Source: Eledone cirrhosa (Eukaryota). From it: 64,000 bases of DNA. Under the pieces are notes generated by a model, which ran no database searches, was not told where the DNA came from, and saw only the letters and a list, made by a program, of their open reading frames with translations. The first letter of the stretch is position 1; every line of letters starts with the position of its first letter. Location of the stretch: assembly GCA_964016885.1 (NCBI GenBank), contig OZ024742.1, positions 176,266,001-176,330,000 on the forward strand, written 5' to 3'. The position numbers were made by a program, and so were the translations under genes. This document shows positions 13,641 to 26,259 of this stretch, one piece after another.

Positions 13641-13834
13641 ATAGGAACGAGTAGGACCCCGACGGCTGAGCTCAAGCCGTTTCGACCGCTAATTTTGTCG
13701 AGAAATAGCCGTCGAAACGGCTTGAGCTCAGCCGTCGGGGTCCTAATGGTTCCTATTACCCACTCTACTACCCTAAGTATTGAGTACTTTGGTGCGTTAT
13801 TGTCCACCTGGTTCCTTACCACATTTCCTTCGTT
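13641..13834 (+). mobile_element. Palindromic PLE-like fragment (hairpin 13641-13756) with the 3' half of an HHR
   Basis: GAAACGGC-TTGAGCTCA-GCCGTC stem III with GTC site; CTGANGA absent; flanked by (TA)n. Confidence 0.7.
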
Positions 13835-13955
13835 ATATATATATATATATAAGCAAGATGTATGGTAGGTCGTACGTGAATCGCGATGATCACGCCTGAC
13901 CTACCAACTATGCGACGGTAGCTAGTTAAGCTCTATGCGTATAAGCAGAGCAGAA

Positions 13956-16080
13956 ATATTAATGAAAAAGAACAAATGATCTATTATGACATTAAAACAA
14001 GTTTATTGCCTACAGCCGTTTTGTCCGACCATATGGTAGGACTTTTCAAGGCATATAACAGGTGATTGTAAGTTCATTATTTACATCAACGTTTCACTCA
14101 AGATTAGCAGTTTGAAATCGTGGTATACATCAACAGCTCCGCTTGTATATTTGGGGTCTATATTCTAAGGGGGCTCTTTTATATTAGTTGTAGGAGTTGT
14201 AAAAGGGATGGGTTATAGGGAGTTAAGAGAATTTGAAAAGGGCCTAAGAGTTAGGGATTGAAGGTTAAAAATTAAAGAATTTATAAGTTACGCATTAAAA
14301 GTAAAAGACTTGGGATCTCGTAAAAGCACCTTAAAAAATCCCTCAATAAGCGCATAAAGCTTATAAGCCCCAATAAACCTAACAAACCAGAAGAGATTAA
14401 GAGAATTTAAAAAAAATAATTAAAAAAAATAAAAATAAATAAACAAATAAAAATATAAAGTTTCCTAAAAAATTCCTTCAAAAGAAAAAAAAACGTTTTC
14501 TAAGAGATCTCGTTAAAAAATTTCAGAAAATTTACAAAGACTTGATAATCCCTACTAAAGTTCGAAACTCAGAAATTAAAAATTAAAAATTAAAAATTAA
14601 AAATTAGGAAAAAGAACTTTCAATAAGATTTAACAGGTTAATAAAGTTAATGATTTAGGGAGTCCATAATATAAATATTAAGATTTAAGTTAGGATTTGA
14701 ATTTTAAGAGTTCCAAACCCAGAAATTAAAAAAATTTAATGAATTTAAGATTAAGCAATCTTATATATCCATGATTAAAAATTAACGATTAAGGGGTTGA
14801 ACATTTAATTTAATTTTAAGAATTAAGAAATAAATAGTTGAAAGAAATTAATCAATTAAAGGTTAATTCAAAAAGCCTTAAAAAAATCCCTCAGAAAAGG
14901 CCCCTTTAATATTTTTAATAAGAACCTCTTCCGAAAGACCCTTCAAAGAATTAAAATTTTAGAGGGCCTTTAAAGATATATATAAAAATGAGTTGAGGAA
15001 AATTACAAATTAAAAGTTAAAAATTACGGGATTTGGGAGATCCGAGGAATTTTCAAAGGGCTGCTTCAACAGATACAACTTAGGTATAATAGATAAAGTA
15101 ATTAAAGTAATTTAAGTAATCTAATTAAGGAGCAATTCAAAGAGCTTATCAAGTTGGGCAAGATTAAAGAAAATGATATGTAAGAAAATATATAAGCAAA
15201 AAAGACAATAATTATAAAATGTATTTTTAAGAAGGTATAAAGTAGCTTCAGTAATCTAATAATGTATTATCAAAAAATTATTAATATAGGATTAAGAAAG
15301 ACATAATAATTTATTCCTGCCTAATTAACAAACAATCAATAAACAATTAACAGTCAAGCAAAATTTACTCGGATATCCCACGCTCGGATACTTTACACAC
15401 ATACAGCAACACATAGGATTAACAAAGACATAATGGTATATTCCTGCCTAATTATCAAACTAGGCAGGAACGAGATCTCTTACAAACAAATTTGATTTTA
15501 TTTTGAAGGAATTTTTTAGGAAACTTTATATTTTTATTTTTTTATTTTTTTATTTTTTTATTTTTTTATTTTTTTATTTTTTTATTTTTTTATTTTTTTA
15601 TTTTATTTTTTTTTATTATTTTTTTTTAATTCTCTTAATCTCTTCTGGTTTGTTAGGTTTATTGGGGCTTATAAGCTTTATGCGCTTATTGAGGGATTTT
15701 TAAAGGTGCTTTTACGAGATCCCAAGTCTTTTACTTTTAATGCGTAAATTATAAATTCTTTAATTTTTAACCTTCAATCCCTAACTCTTAGGCCCTTTTC
15801 AAATTCTCTTAACTCCCTATAACCCATCCCTTTTACAACTCCTACAACTAATATAAAAGATCCCCTTAGAATATAGACCCCAAATATACAAGCGGAGCTG
15901 TTGATGTATACCACGATTTCAAACTGCTAATCTTGAGTGAAACGTTGATGTAAATAATGAACTTACAATCACCTGTTATATGCCTTGAAAAGTCCCACCA
16001 TATGGTCGGACGAAACGGCTGTCGGCAATAAACTTGTTATAATGTCATAATAGTTCCTTTGTTCTTTTTCATTAATATAT
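13956..16080. mobile_element. PLE-like non-coding 3' region with ~560-600-bp inverted pLTR arms (13956-14513 / 15469-16080)
   Basis: Highly similar reverse-complement arms, each ending in an HHR plus AATAAA; strongly A-skewed spacer. Confidence 0.75.
15976..16031 (+). ncRNA. Minimal type I hammerhead motif with U3-A8 core (mutated mirror copy on minus strand at 14003-14058)
   Basis: Stem I TGCC/GGCA, TTGAAAA, stem II GTCC.ACC/GGT.GGAC, GAAAC-GGCT-GTC. Confidence 0.7.
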
Positions 16081-16089
16081 ATATATTAC

Positions 16090-16192
16090 TGGTGAGAGCA
16101 TTGGGCTTGCAATCGAAAGGTTGTGAGTTCAATTCTCAGACCGGGTGATGTCTTGTGTCCTTGAGCAAGACACTTTATTTCACATTGCTCCA
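16090..16192 (+). mobile_element. CORE-like SINE 5' part (another copy at 45062-45150)
   Basis: GAGTTCAATTC B box; TGTGTCCTTGAGCAAGACACTTTATTTCAC. Confidence 0.7.
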
Positions 16193-16210
16193 TATATATA
16201 TATATATTTA

Positions 16211-16294
16211 TTTTAATTTGTACATATATACATATGCTGCCACTCTGATTTCAACTGTTATGAATATATATATATATATTTATATGTGTGTGTG

Positions 16295-16348
<54 letters not shown>

Positions 16349-16423
16349 TATATAAATATATATATATATTCATAACAGTTGAAATCAGAGTTGCAGCATA
16401 TGTATATATGTACAAAATTAAAA
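16211..16423. repeat. Inverted duplication centred on (TA)n/(TG)n
   Basis: ~55-bp arms that are reverse complements with about 2 differences. Confidence 0.9.
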
Positions 16424-17056
16424 AATTAATTTGCATATTACAATTGTGTCGATATCGATCAGCTCACAGTACAATCAAGGTGATAGGGCTTAGCTCTTTT
16501 TCGACAACTCATCAGATATGTGACCTAATATGTGCAAAAATACCTCTAAACTGTAATATGTAAATAAACTTTGTACATATGTTGCAACACTGACTTAATA
16601 TCTTTTAAATCTATTTATACTCTGACCACTACAGCCGACACAGTAGAATACAACCCAAATGCATCAGACCTCATAACAGCATCGTGTGCTTTCAATGGTG
16701 TACCATCTGTAACTAACATATATGAATATATATATATGTATGTATGTATACATATGTGCAGTGTGTGTGTATGTATGATAAGGATATATCTGTAGATATA
16801 CAGAGTGGGTAAGCAAGACTGTTATAATATTAATATAAATATACACAATTTTAATATGTAGACATGTAATCATGTTAGAAAATCCGAATTTCATTTAAAT
16901 TGATTTTTGGCCCTAATTGTGCATTCATCAGAAAACATGTATACCATCTAAACAACTACAAGGAAACAGACCCATTTGTCCTTAGTAGTTTTCTGAAATG
17001 GACATATTAATCTTCATATAATTAGCACTTGCATTGGTAGGTAATTAAGATATATA

Positions 17057-17273
17057 TATTGGTTTCTTATATAGGCACAAGGCCAGCAACTTTGGGGGAG
17101 GGGAAAGTCGATTAAATTGACCCCAGGGCGTGACTGGTACTTTATTTTATCGACCCCATAAGGATGAAAGGGTAAGTTAACCTCAGCGGCATTTGAACTC
17201 AGATCATAAAGGGCCGTAACTCTTTACTGCAAAGCATAGCATCCGACACTCTACTGATGCTGCCAATCCACCA
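17057..17273 (-). mobile_element. Deu/Nin-like SINE
   Basis: Reverse complement of the 67-263 family. Confidence 0.85.
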
Positions 17274-17419
17274 CATATATTGAAGTACACTAAGCAGTCA
17301 AAATGTGTGATAAAGTTATATATACAGGGTGCTAAACTGAGACTGCAACAATGTGTGTGTGTATATATATATATTTTTTTTTTGGGGGGGGGTTCTATCT
17401 GATGACTTTGTTTCAGTAT

Positions 17420-17820
17420 TATTTTGCACCATAGAGTTACGACCCTTTATAATCTGAGTTCAAATCCTACCGAGGTTACTTTTGCCTTTCATCCTTACGG
17501 GGTTGATAAAATAAAGTAACAGTCATGCACTGGGTCAATTTAATTGACTTTCCCCTCCCTCAAAATTGCTGGCCTTGTGACTATATAAGAAGCCATTATT
17601 ATTATTTTTATTATTATATATAGGGTGGTGTATTGGCAGTATCGGTAGCGGGTTGGATGCTATGCTTTGCAGCATAGTTACGTCCCTTTACGGACTGAAT
17701 TCAAATCCCGCCGAGGTTAACTTTGCCTTTCATCCTTACGGGATTGATGAAATAAAGTACCAGTAATGCACTAAGTAATTGCTGACCTTCTGCCAAAAGT
17801 AGAAACGATTATTATTATTA
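17420..17820 (+). mobile_element. Two tandem Deu/Nin-like SINEs (17420-17610, 17623-17820)
   Basis: Same core motif and (ATT)n tails. Confidence 0.85.
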
Positions 17821-17829
17821 TATATACAT

Positions 17830-18120
17830 ATACAATGAATTATTCACTCGTGTAGTATTTAGTCTCAGGTGTTTGTCACATTTAATCTTCTCTCCCACTG
17901 AAGATGCCTATGGATTATCTGTTACAGACACAATTTTCAGGACGAAATTAAATCTCTAATCTGTCCGGGAGATTAATAGTTATTGAAACGGTTAGTACTT
18001 TTTATTTTTAATCCTGTATTTTCTGTTTGTTTCAGTTTAAATCTGTCAAACTAACGTGGTCTTTCAACCCTTGTAATCTTAAACACACAATTTATTGTGT
18101 TTATTTCTACATATATTATA
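17830..18120 (+). mobile_element. PLE-like pLTR relic with degenerate HHR (17891-17972)
   Basis: TCTCCCA-CTGAAGA-TGCCT..AGG.C-GAAA..TAATCTGTC-CGGGAGA; homologous to 262-520 on the minus strand; stem III partly deleted. Confidence 0.65.
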
Positions 18121-18539
18121 TACATATATATACATTTTTAATCATTTTAATAGGTAGCTAACCGACCAGTGTTGTTCAATCCACACTCTAGTCAATCAGC
18201 GGTGATAAAATGAATTGCCCATTGACCTGTATATATACTACAAGTCTGAGCATTAAAGAATATTACATACAGTGATGGCCATGTGCTGTTGTGTGTAATC
18301 ATATTTGAAATAAACGAAATAAATTTACACACATCTGTATTTAATATTATATGTATATATATAGATATATATGTGTGTGTGTGTGTGTCCATCACATGCA
18401 AGCATGGAATAGTGGATGTAAAGACAAGGTATTATATATAATATGAATGTATTCACCTTTGCAAGCAGGGAAAAGCGGACGTAAAATGATGATGATGATA
18501 TATATAAAGAGACTGATATATATAAAGAGAATGATATAT

Positions 18540-20387
18540 AAGGCAGTTTGTCAATGCAAATCAGGATGTTGTTGGAGATAAATGTGTCCAGAATGATGCC
18601 GGTGTACTTAGTGTCACAAATGATCAGAAAAAGGAGGCCTGGAAATGTCATTATGAGAGACTGATGAATGTGGAGAACGAATGGGAGAAAGTGAAATTAC
18701 CCTTAGTAGATCCGACAGAGGGACCAGCTATTGAGATTGACGAATATAGAGTCCAAGAGGCGATTAAGGAAATTAAAAATGGTAAGGCTGCTGGACCATC
18801 GGGAATAGTTGCTGAGATGCTGAAGGCATCAGGGGGAGTAAACTGGTTGCACGCATCATCAATCAGGCAATATATGGTGGTGTCATTCCCAAAGACTAGT
18901 GCAGCAGTAATCTCATAAATTGCTACAAAGGTAAAGGAGATGCTCTTGAGAGGAGCAATTATAGGGGTATAAAACTGATGGATCAGGTTATGAAAGTGAC
19001 AGAAAGGATATTAGCACAACTAATTAGAGAAAGGGTCAAACTAGATGAGATGCAGTTTGGTTTTGTGCCTGGGAAGAGTACAACAGATGCCCTCTTCTTG
19101 GTGAGACAATTGCAAGAGAGGTTTTTAGAGAAAAATAAGCCACTATACTTAGCCTTTGTTGACCTAGAGAAGGCCTTTGATAGGGTACCCCGATCTGTCA
19201 TCTGGTGGTCCCTAAGCAAACAATGTGTTGAGGAATGGCTTATGATGACAGTGCAAACTTTGTACAGAGGTACTATCAGTAAAATCAGAGTAGGAATCGA
19301 GTTTAGTGAGGAATTCCAGATACAAGTAGGAGTACTTGTTCATTATAGTCCTACAAGCCATAACAGAGGAGTTTAAGACTGGCTGTCCATGGGAACTTCT
19401 CTATGCTGACGATCTGGTTCTTATAGCAGAATCAGTAGAGGAGCTAGAGAATAAATTCTGTCTATGGAAACAGTAGTTGGAAGCAAGAGGACTGAGAGTG
19501 AACCTAGCTAAGACAAAAGAGTTGATGAGTAGAAAAGGGGGACAAAACTCTGATTCCATCAGGGAAATGGCCATGTTTGATATGCAGAAAAGGAACAGGC
19601 AAAATTCTATAAAATGCACACAATGCAGATCCTGGGTACACAAGAGATGTAGCAGGATAGCAGGCAAACTAACAGGTAGGGAGAAATATGTATGCAGTAG
19701 TGGTACAGGGAAATTAGACAGTAGAAGTCGCATTGATAGACACATTTTTCAAATGCAGGTTGGTGCTATAGAAGTGGTGGATAGCTTCCGGTACCTAGGA
19801 GATCAGATTAGCATGGGAGGGGGGTGTTCCGAGGCCATAGTATCTAGAATAAGGATGGGTTGGATGAAGTTTAGGGAGCTGCTTCCTCTGCTGACAAAGA
19901 AGGGTTTCTCCCTGCATATGAAAGGCTGGTTATATGATGACTGTGTGAGGAGCACGATGCTGCATGGTAGTGAGACATGGGCAGCAACTGCAGAGGATAT
20001 GCGATGGCTGGAGAGAAATGAGGCAAGCATGCTCCATTGGATATGCAGTGTAAATATGCGTGAATGACCCAGCATGAATGTGTTGAGAGAGAAACAGTGT
20101 CTGAGAGGGATAGAATGTAGTGTACGGGAGAGGAGACTGAGGTGGTATGGACATGTGATGCACATGGAGGATGACCGATTGGTGAAGAAGTGCCAGGAAA
20201 TACCAGTTGAAGGAACACGTGGTAGAGGTAGACCACGAAAAACATGGGCAGAGGTGGTGAGAACAGACCTCAGATCATTGAAGCTCACGGTGGAGATGAC
20301 GAAGGACCGTGACGAGTGGAGAGATGCTCTGCTGAATAAGACCCATCCCAACCTTGCAAGCAGGGAAAAGCGATGATGATGATGATG
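18540..20387 (+). mobile_element. RTE-clade LINE, 5'-truncated, RT with stops and frameshifts
   Basis: QFGFVPGKSTTDA, FVDLEKAFDRVP, LLYADDL, YLG, RLRWYGHV, GRGRPRKTW, (GAT)n tail; closely similar to 60540-62443. Confidence 0.95.
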
Positions 20388-20390
20388 AAT

Positions 20391-21010
20391 GATCATGCAG
20401 CTCTTCAATGGTTCTATGAGAGAATTAGGACTAAAAATCCAAGACTTCAGAGCTTTCTCACTACCAATAACATAGGCAACCACATATCTAATATTTTGCA
20501 GAGAATCTAAATAGATTAATAAAAGTAGACAGAATAAGTATTATATTTACACTGCCATCAAGACTTTACAAGGCTTATATGGCACCATTTAATACAGCCA
20601 AAATCATCAACATTTACCGTTTATTAACATTGGAAAATGGTGAAGCCAAGAGCTGCAGTAATCACTAGACATCTGGGAATTCTATTAAAAATATTAGTTC
20701 CCAAAGAATGAGAGGCCAGCCATTGCTCAGGCCATGGGTAGAAAGAAAAATTATAATATTTGATAGGTTGAAAATGCTAAGTGGCAACGTGAAAAAAAGC
20801 TCAGACACTAACACACAAATTACAATTTGACCAGGTTAGGAGCATTTATATCAAAAGATATCGTTATATGATATATAATGATCATGTGGCTTTATGATAG
20901 CTCTATGAGAGAATTAGGGCTAAAATCCAACGCCTCAGAGTTTTGCACACTGCCAATATCATATGCAACCATATAATAATATTTTGCAGAGAATAATCTA
21001 ATTAGGTTTT
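20391..21010 (+). repeat. Diverged ~115-bp direct duplication (20391-20510 / 20880-20995)
   Basis: Shared GATCATG..CTATGAGAGAATTAGG..AATATTTTGCAGAGAAT. Confidence 0.75.
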
Positions 21011-21174
21011 AAGATGTACACATGTAAACATGTAAGAAAATGTGAATTTCCCTGTAAATTGTAAAAATGGGAAACTACTTTAATCGATTTTCAAACCTAT
21101 TTGGGTTCTCATTAGAATGCATGTGAATCAGCTAAACTGGAAAAGACCTGTATGGAAAAGCAGACATAAAACCA

Positions 21175-21209
<35 letters not shown>

Positions 21210-22559
21210 TCAACTCTGTAATTCAGTGCAGTACACATGCATCATATTATGAATGATTCTAATATGCAAGTGAATTCTGAAATTTTTGATTTCTTATTCC
21301 TTCCTTGAAATTGATTCTTCCAACTGCATTGCACACCCTGTAAGTTTGTTTAATGATTCTGGTGGCTGAATGCAATTAGCTTTTATCTAAGGACATGGAA
21401 TTCTTAGCATCAAACATCAACTGTGTATATGTATACAACTGTATGCATAGTCATGAAGTTGCTGGACCGTATGGTGTGTTATCTTAGATACTTCAGTGGC
21501 TGCACACTGCAGTTGTTTGATCAGCTATGACTTGTGTGCATTTGGAGGAAAAAAAAGAATTCCTAATGTTGTTGCAGCAGTGGCCACTGATGTAAACAGA
21601 TGGTTAGACAGATTCTTCTTATTTTTTTGTTTATCAGCTGCAATAGTGATTCTGCAATCCTCCTATTGAATTATATCAAGTTGGTTTTGTATGCTGTATC
21701 AATGAATGTATCATTCTAGTTACAATATTAACTCATTCTCCATCTCCCCACGCTAAACTATTAACAGACTTTCTCCAAAAGGAATTGCAAAACTCAACAC
21801 CACATGCACATATGCACACACACCTATAATATGTGCTTATGTATGGATTTATACATATGTATATGTATCAATCATCACCATCATCATCATCTTCATTTTC
21901 ATCTTCATCATTCTTATCATCCTTTAACATACATTTTCCATGCTAGTAAGGGTTGGATAGGTTATCACTGATCAAATCAGTACTCAAGCAGATTTACTGA
22001 TCTCTCTGATGGGATAGGGGCCTGCATGTCGTTTACATTTCCACACTCATTTACATTTCTACATCTCATTTATAAAACATTCCCACACTTGACCAAATGC
22101 ATTTTGTTGTGGAACCAGCACTAGGGGGGGTCCTGTTTTTGACACAGATGAAACTTCCTCCTCGCCCTCTGTTTGGCAGGTTTTCTCTGACTAGATGCCC
22201 TTCCTAACACCAATCACTTTATGGAGTGTGCTGAGAGCAATTTTCAGGTTAATAACCAAGGCTGGTTAATATTTCCTTGACTCAGCTGAAGATTCCTTTG
22301 GACCTGCTGTTTGGCAAGTTTTCTATGGCAGGATGATCTTCCTATCACCAACCTCTTTACGGAGATTAGTGGGTGCATTTATCATATAAATCATCAATAC
22401 TAGGCGGTTGGTGGAGCATTGTTCTGGGTAGGGTGATAACTGACATTGGGAAGTTTGTCATATCTTAGGCACAACTCGAGAGTCCTCTAGAACCTATATT
22501 TAGTAAGTTGTATACTGTTGAATGCCTTTCTTATCAGGAACTAGATTATCAAGCTCTCA

Positions 22560-24700
22560 AGCTAGTTCCATCATCTTCTCTTCTTCACCCACATATTCCT
22601 GAGAGGTGGGGCTTGTCAGAAGCAACCTTCTCCAACTAATCATGCTGGGTCTCTAAGCGAGACCAGCCAAACCATGGATGTTATCCAACCATTTTGCTTG
22701 TGGTCTACACCTGAGTAACACTATTTCATGCCATTTCCAGCTGATTTTAGACCTGCCACTTGTGATACCACTTCCAGCCTGGTTGTGCAGGTCAATCCTG
22801 TTCATTAAAATAATGAACAGGAGAGGTGGCAGTATACATCGTTAGTTGTATCCCTCCAGCAGGTCCTGAGAAATGCACTCATATGCCTTTTTGAGGTCTA
22901 CAACAAAAAATACCTTTTGGCAAAACTCCCTCGATTTTTTGAGGATCTTCCATAGTGTGAATATTTGGTTGGCTCTGCTGCATCCAAGGTGAAAACTGCA
23001 CTGTTCATCGGCTAGCTTAGAGTCAATAATCTCCCTGAATCTCTTTGCCAGACATATAGCAAAGACTTCCTCTGTAATTGGAACCATCTCTCTTGTTTCC
23101 CTTTTTGAAAATTGGGATTATCAATGCTTTGATAATGATTGCCAATGCTTACTTGCTTTTCCAGAGATTCGGACCACCCAAGCACACATGAGTCAGCCAG
23201 AGAATACCTTCTCTATTTTAGGCTTTTAACATCACAGGCCAGATTTCATTTTCTCCAGTGATCTTGCCACATTTGAACCCTTTAACTGCTCTTGTGACCT
23301 CAGTCTCAGAGAGGCTTGTCCCCACTCCTACATGCATCTCATTTACATCAGAAGTTGCTGTGGTAGTTGGGTTTAGGAAATCAGTAAACTATTCTCTACA
23401 CCTCTCTGAAGAGAGGAGAACCCCAGACACATTTCTGATAGCGGGTATGGAGGAGGACATCTTATTACAAACTTGGCAGATCATCTGCAAGAACACTTTG
23501 TTTGCTGATCTGAAGTCAGATTCCAACTTAACCCCAAAGCCCTCCCACGTCTTAACCTTGGACACCTTTAGTGTCTTTGCTGTGATATTTCATGCCTGCT
23601 TGTACTATATGTGCAAGAAGGAGGACTTATTTCCAAGCCAAATTTGTATGCCTCCTTCTTTGCTCGAACAGCATCTTTGACCTCTTGATTGAACTAAGGG
23701 GGTCCTCCTACCATCCAGCACAACAACAAGCCTCTTTCACACACAGCATTTAACAGCTGAAGCAGAAACTGCTGAGCTGCACAATTTACACTCTGCCTCA
23801 ACGTCCTCTGTTTGCTCATGGAGTTCTCTGAATTTGGATGCAATAGTATCTGCATACCTGGTCCTGACTGCCTTATCCACTAACACTTCCAACTTTATCT
23901 TATAGGTCATCTTGGACCTGCCAGTGTTGTGGGCTTCTTTGGCTTTAGGTAGCCTCAAGTTGCAGATAACTAGATTATGATCAGTTGACAGCTCAGCCCC
24001 TCACATGAACATCCAACATAGAATCAAAGAGATCAGAAACAATAACAAAATCACTTATCTCTGTCCCTGATTCCCCTTATACCATGTATATTTATGGATG
24101 TCTCTGTGCTAGAAAAAGGTGTTCATAATAGAGAGTCAATTGCTAGAGCAGAAGTCTAGTAAGGGCTCTCCATTTATATATAGATTAGAGGTTGTTGTTC
24201 CTTCCAATCACTCCTTTTTATGTCAGGTGTTCAGTGCGAACATGTGCATTGAAGTATCCTATCAAGATATATAACTTAGTCTTAACTACATCTAACGCTG
24301 CAGTGACTTCATCAAGGAAGGATTTGTATTCAGACTCATTGTTTGGTGCATAAACTTGCACCACTCATAGTGATCTATCTTTCAGCCTAAGCTTCATGAG
24401 GCAAATACTACCTCCTAATGGGATCCACTCTATAACACATTTTGACTGCTGGATGCTTGTGAGTATCATCACTCCCATCTGTACAATCATTTCTGGCACC
24501 ACATCTGAATAGTGGAGTTTCTCTCCATTCAAATCTACAGCATCAGAGCCATGGAATTTTGTTGAAGAAACCCTGACTATAGACTATGTCTAACCTCCTC
24601 CGCTGGTTCTTGCTCCTTACCTGTAAGGGTTGTGATGTTCCAGGATCCAATTGTCAAGGTTTGTTCCCTTCTGAACCCTCTTAGGGTTCATGAGATATGC
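22560..24700 (-). mobile_element. Old RTE-like LINE (EN + RT), heavily decayed
   Basis: IGSWNITTL, VYAPN, GYFNAH, TDHNLV, EQCSF..G.S...QIFTL, VDLKKAY remnants. Confidence 0.8.
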
Positions 24701-25658
24701 AATCTTTTTGAGCCCATCCCATGCTTTCCTTGACAGGTCGCTGGCCCGTCACCAGTTTTCTAGAGACTGCAATATATTTTTCGAACAGGCCCCTCTACCT
24801 AAGGCCTGAATATGTCCCTTGTTAGCCTGTGTAAAGGATAATGCAGTATGGTTCTTTTTCGTTCATCTCACAATCATTTCAATAAAATTAACTAGAAGAT
24901 ATTTCTTTATATGTCTACACTTAGTGAATATTTCAGATGTCTTATTTAAGTAACAATTTAAGGCCTTTAGTTGATTAGAGAAAAAAAAAAAAAAGGAAAT
25001 GCTTCTTTGTGATACGTTGGCTTTAAATCATGGGCCTATTTCTGATTTATTATAATCCAACAGATGTTAAAAGTGGTACATTTGTCTTTCAGTTTTCACA
25101 TGGAACTTTTGGTGAGAAACATAGAGAAATGACACACATATACAGACAAATTTATAAATAGAACTTTGTATTCAAGACATTTCATTTAAAAAAGATATTT
25201 TAAACAATTGTCTATTAATTTTATTAAACCGTTATCGTTGTTGGTGTCTGCATTCTTAACCTCCTCCTCATCATCATCGCCATCCTCAACATTATCATCT
25301 CACTATCATCATATTCATGATGATCATGATCATCATCAATATCATTGTTGCAGAATTATAAAGTTTTTTTTTTAATCCGCACCTTAAATAAAATCAGGAA
25401 AGAATTTGAAAAAATGTTAAATAATCTCTGATAAGTTTTATAAAGCAGAGAATGAAATAAGAAAAAAAATAATAAAGAGTATTAGAAACCTTACAGATGG
25501 ATTTTGACCTGGAAAGCAAAGAAGATAATAAATGAAAGGAAAGAATTACAATTTAAATATATATATAAAAATATATATAAAATATGTTAACTAAGATGGA
25601 AGACATAGTAAAAACTCATCTCATTCTGTTATATAGCAATGGTAGCTCAGATTTATAA

Positions 25659-26160
25659 ATAATTGTTTCTACTTTTTGGCACAAGGCCAGCAATTACCCA
25701 GTGCATTACTGGTACTTTATTTTATCGACCCCGTAAGGATGAAAGGCAAAGTTAACCTCGGCGGTATTTGAACTCAGAATGGCAAGGGCCGTAACTCTAT
25801 GCATCAAAGCATGGCGTCCGACCCTCTACCGATACTACCAATAAATAATGATTTATAATTTAAGGTCAAGGCCAGCAGCTTGCAGGGTAGATATAAGGCA
25901 ATTATAATAACCCCAGTAGTATTTTATTTTATTGAGCCCATGAGGATGAAAGGCAAAGATGACCTCAGAATGGTTTCCAATTTAGGCACAAGGCCAGCAA
26001 TTTTAGGAAAAGGATAAATCACCATTAACTTTGATCTGCTAGTACTTTGTTTTCCCAACCCTAGTACTTAACCGGTACTTTATGTTATTGATCCCAGTAC
26101 CATACTGGAATTTTATTTTATCTATGTAGAAGCATAAATGACAGTGGTGACCTGAAAGAG
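25659..26160 (-). mobile_element. Cluster of Deu/Nin-like SINEs (25659-25843 plus fragments)
   Basis: Reverse complement of the SINE core. Confidence 0.8.
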
Positions 26161-26259
26161 ATTTCTATTCAGAAAGTGAAGTTCTGCAACCCATACAGAA
26201 GAATATTTTGTCCAATTCACCAATGATTGTGCCAATCCCCAGCCCTTTATAATTTAAGG

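Noticed and set aside
15503-15703. Phe-rich membrane-like ORF
   Set aside because: Low-complexity TTTTTTA repeat in an inverted arm
16871-16939. Possible minus-strand HHR (CATGTTTT-CTGATGA...GAAATTCGGAT...AACATG)
   Set aside because: Stem II barely pairs and stem I register is off; could be chance in AT-rich DNA
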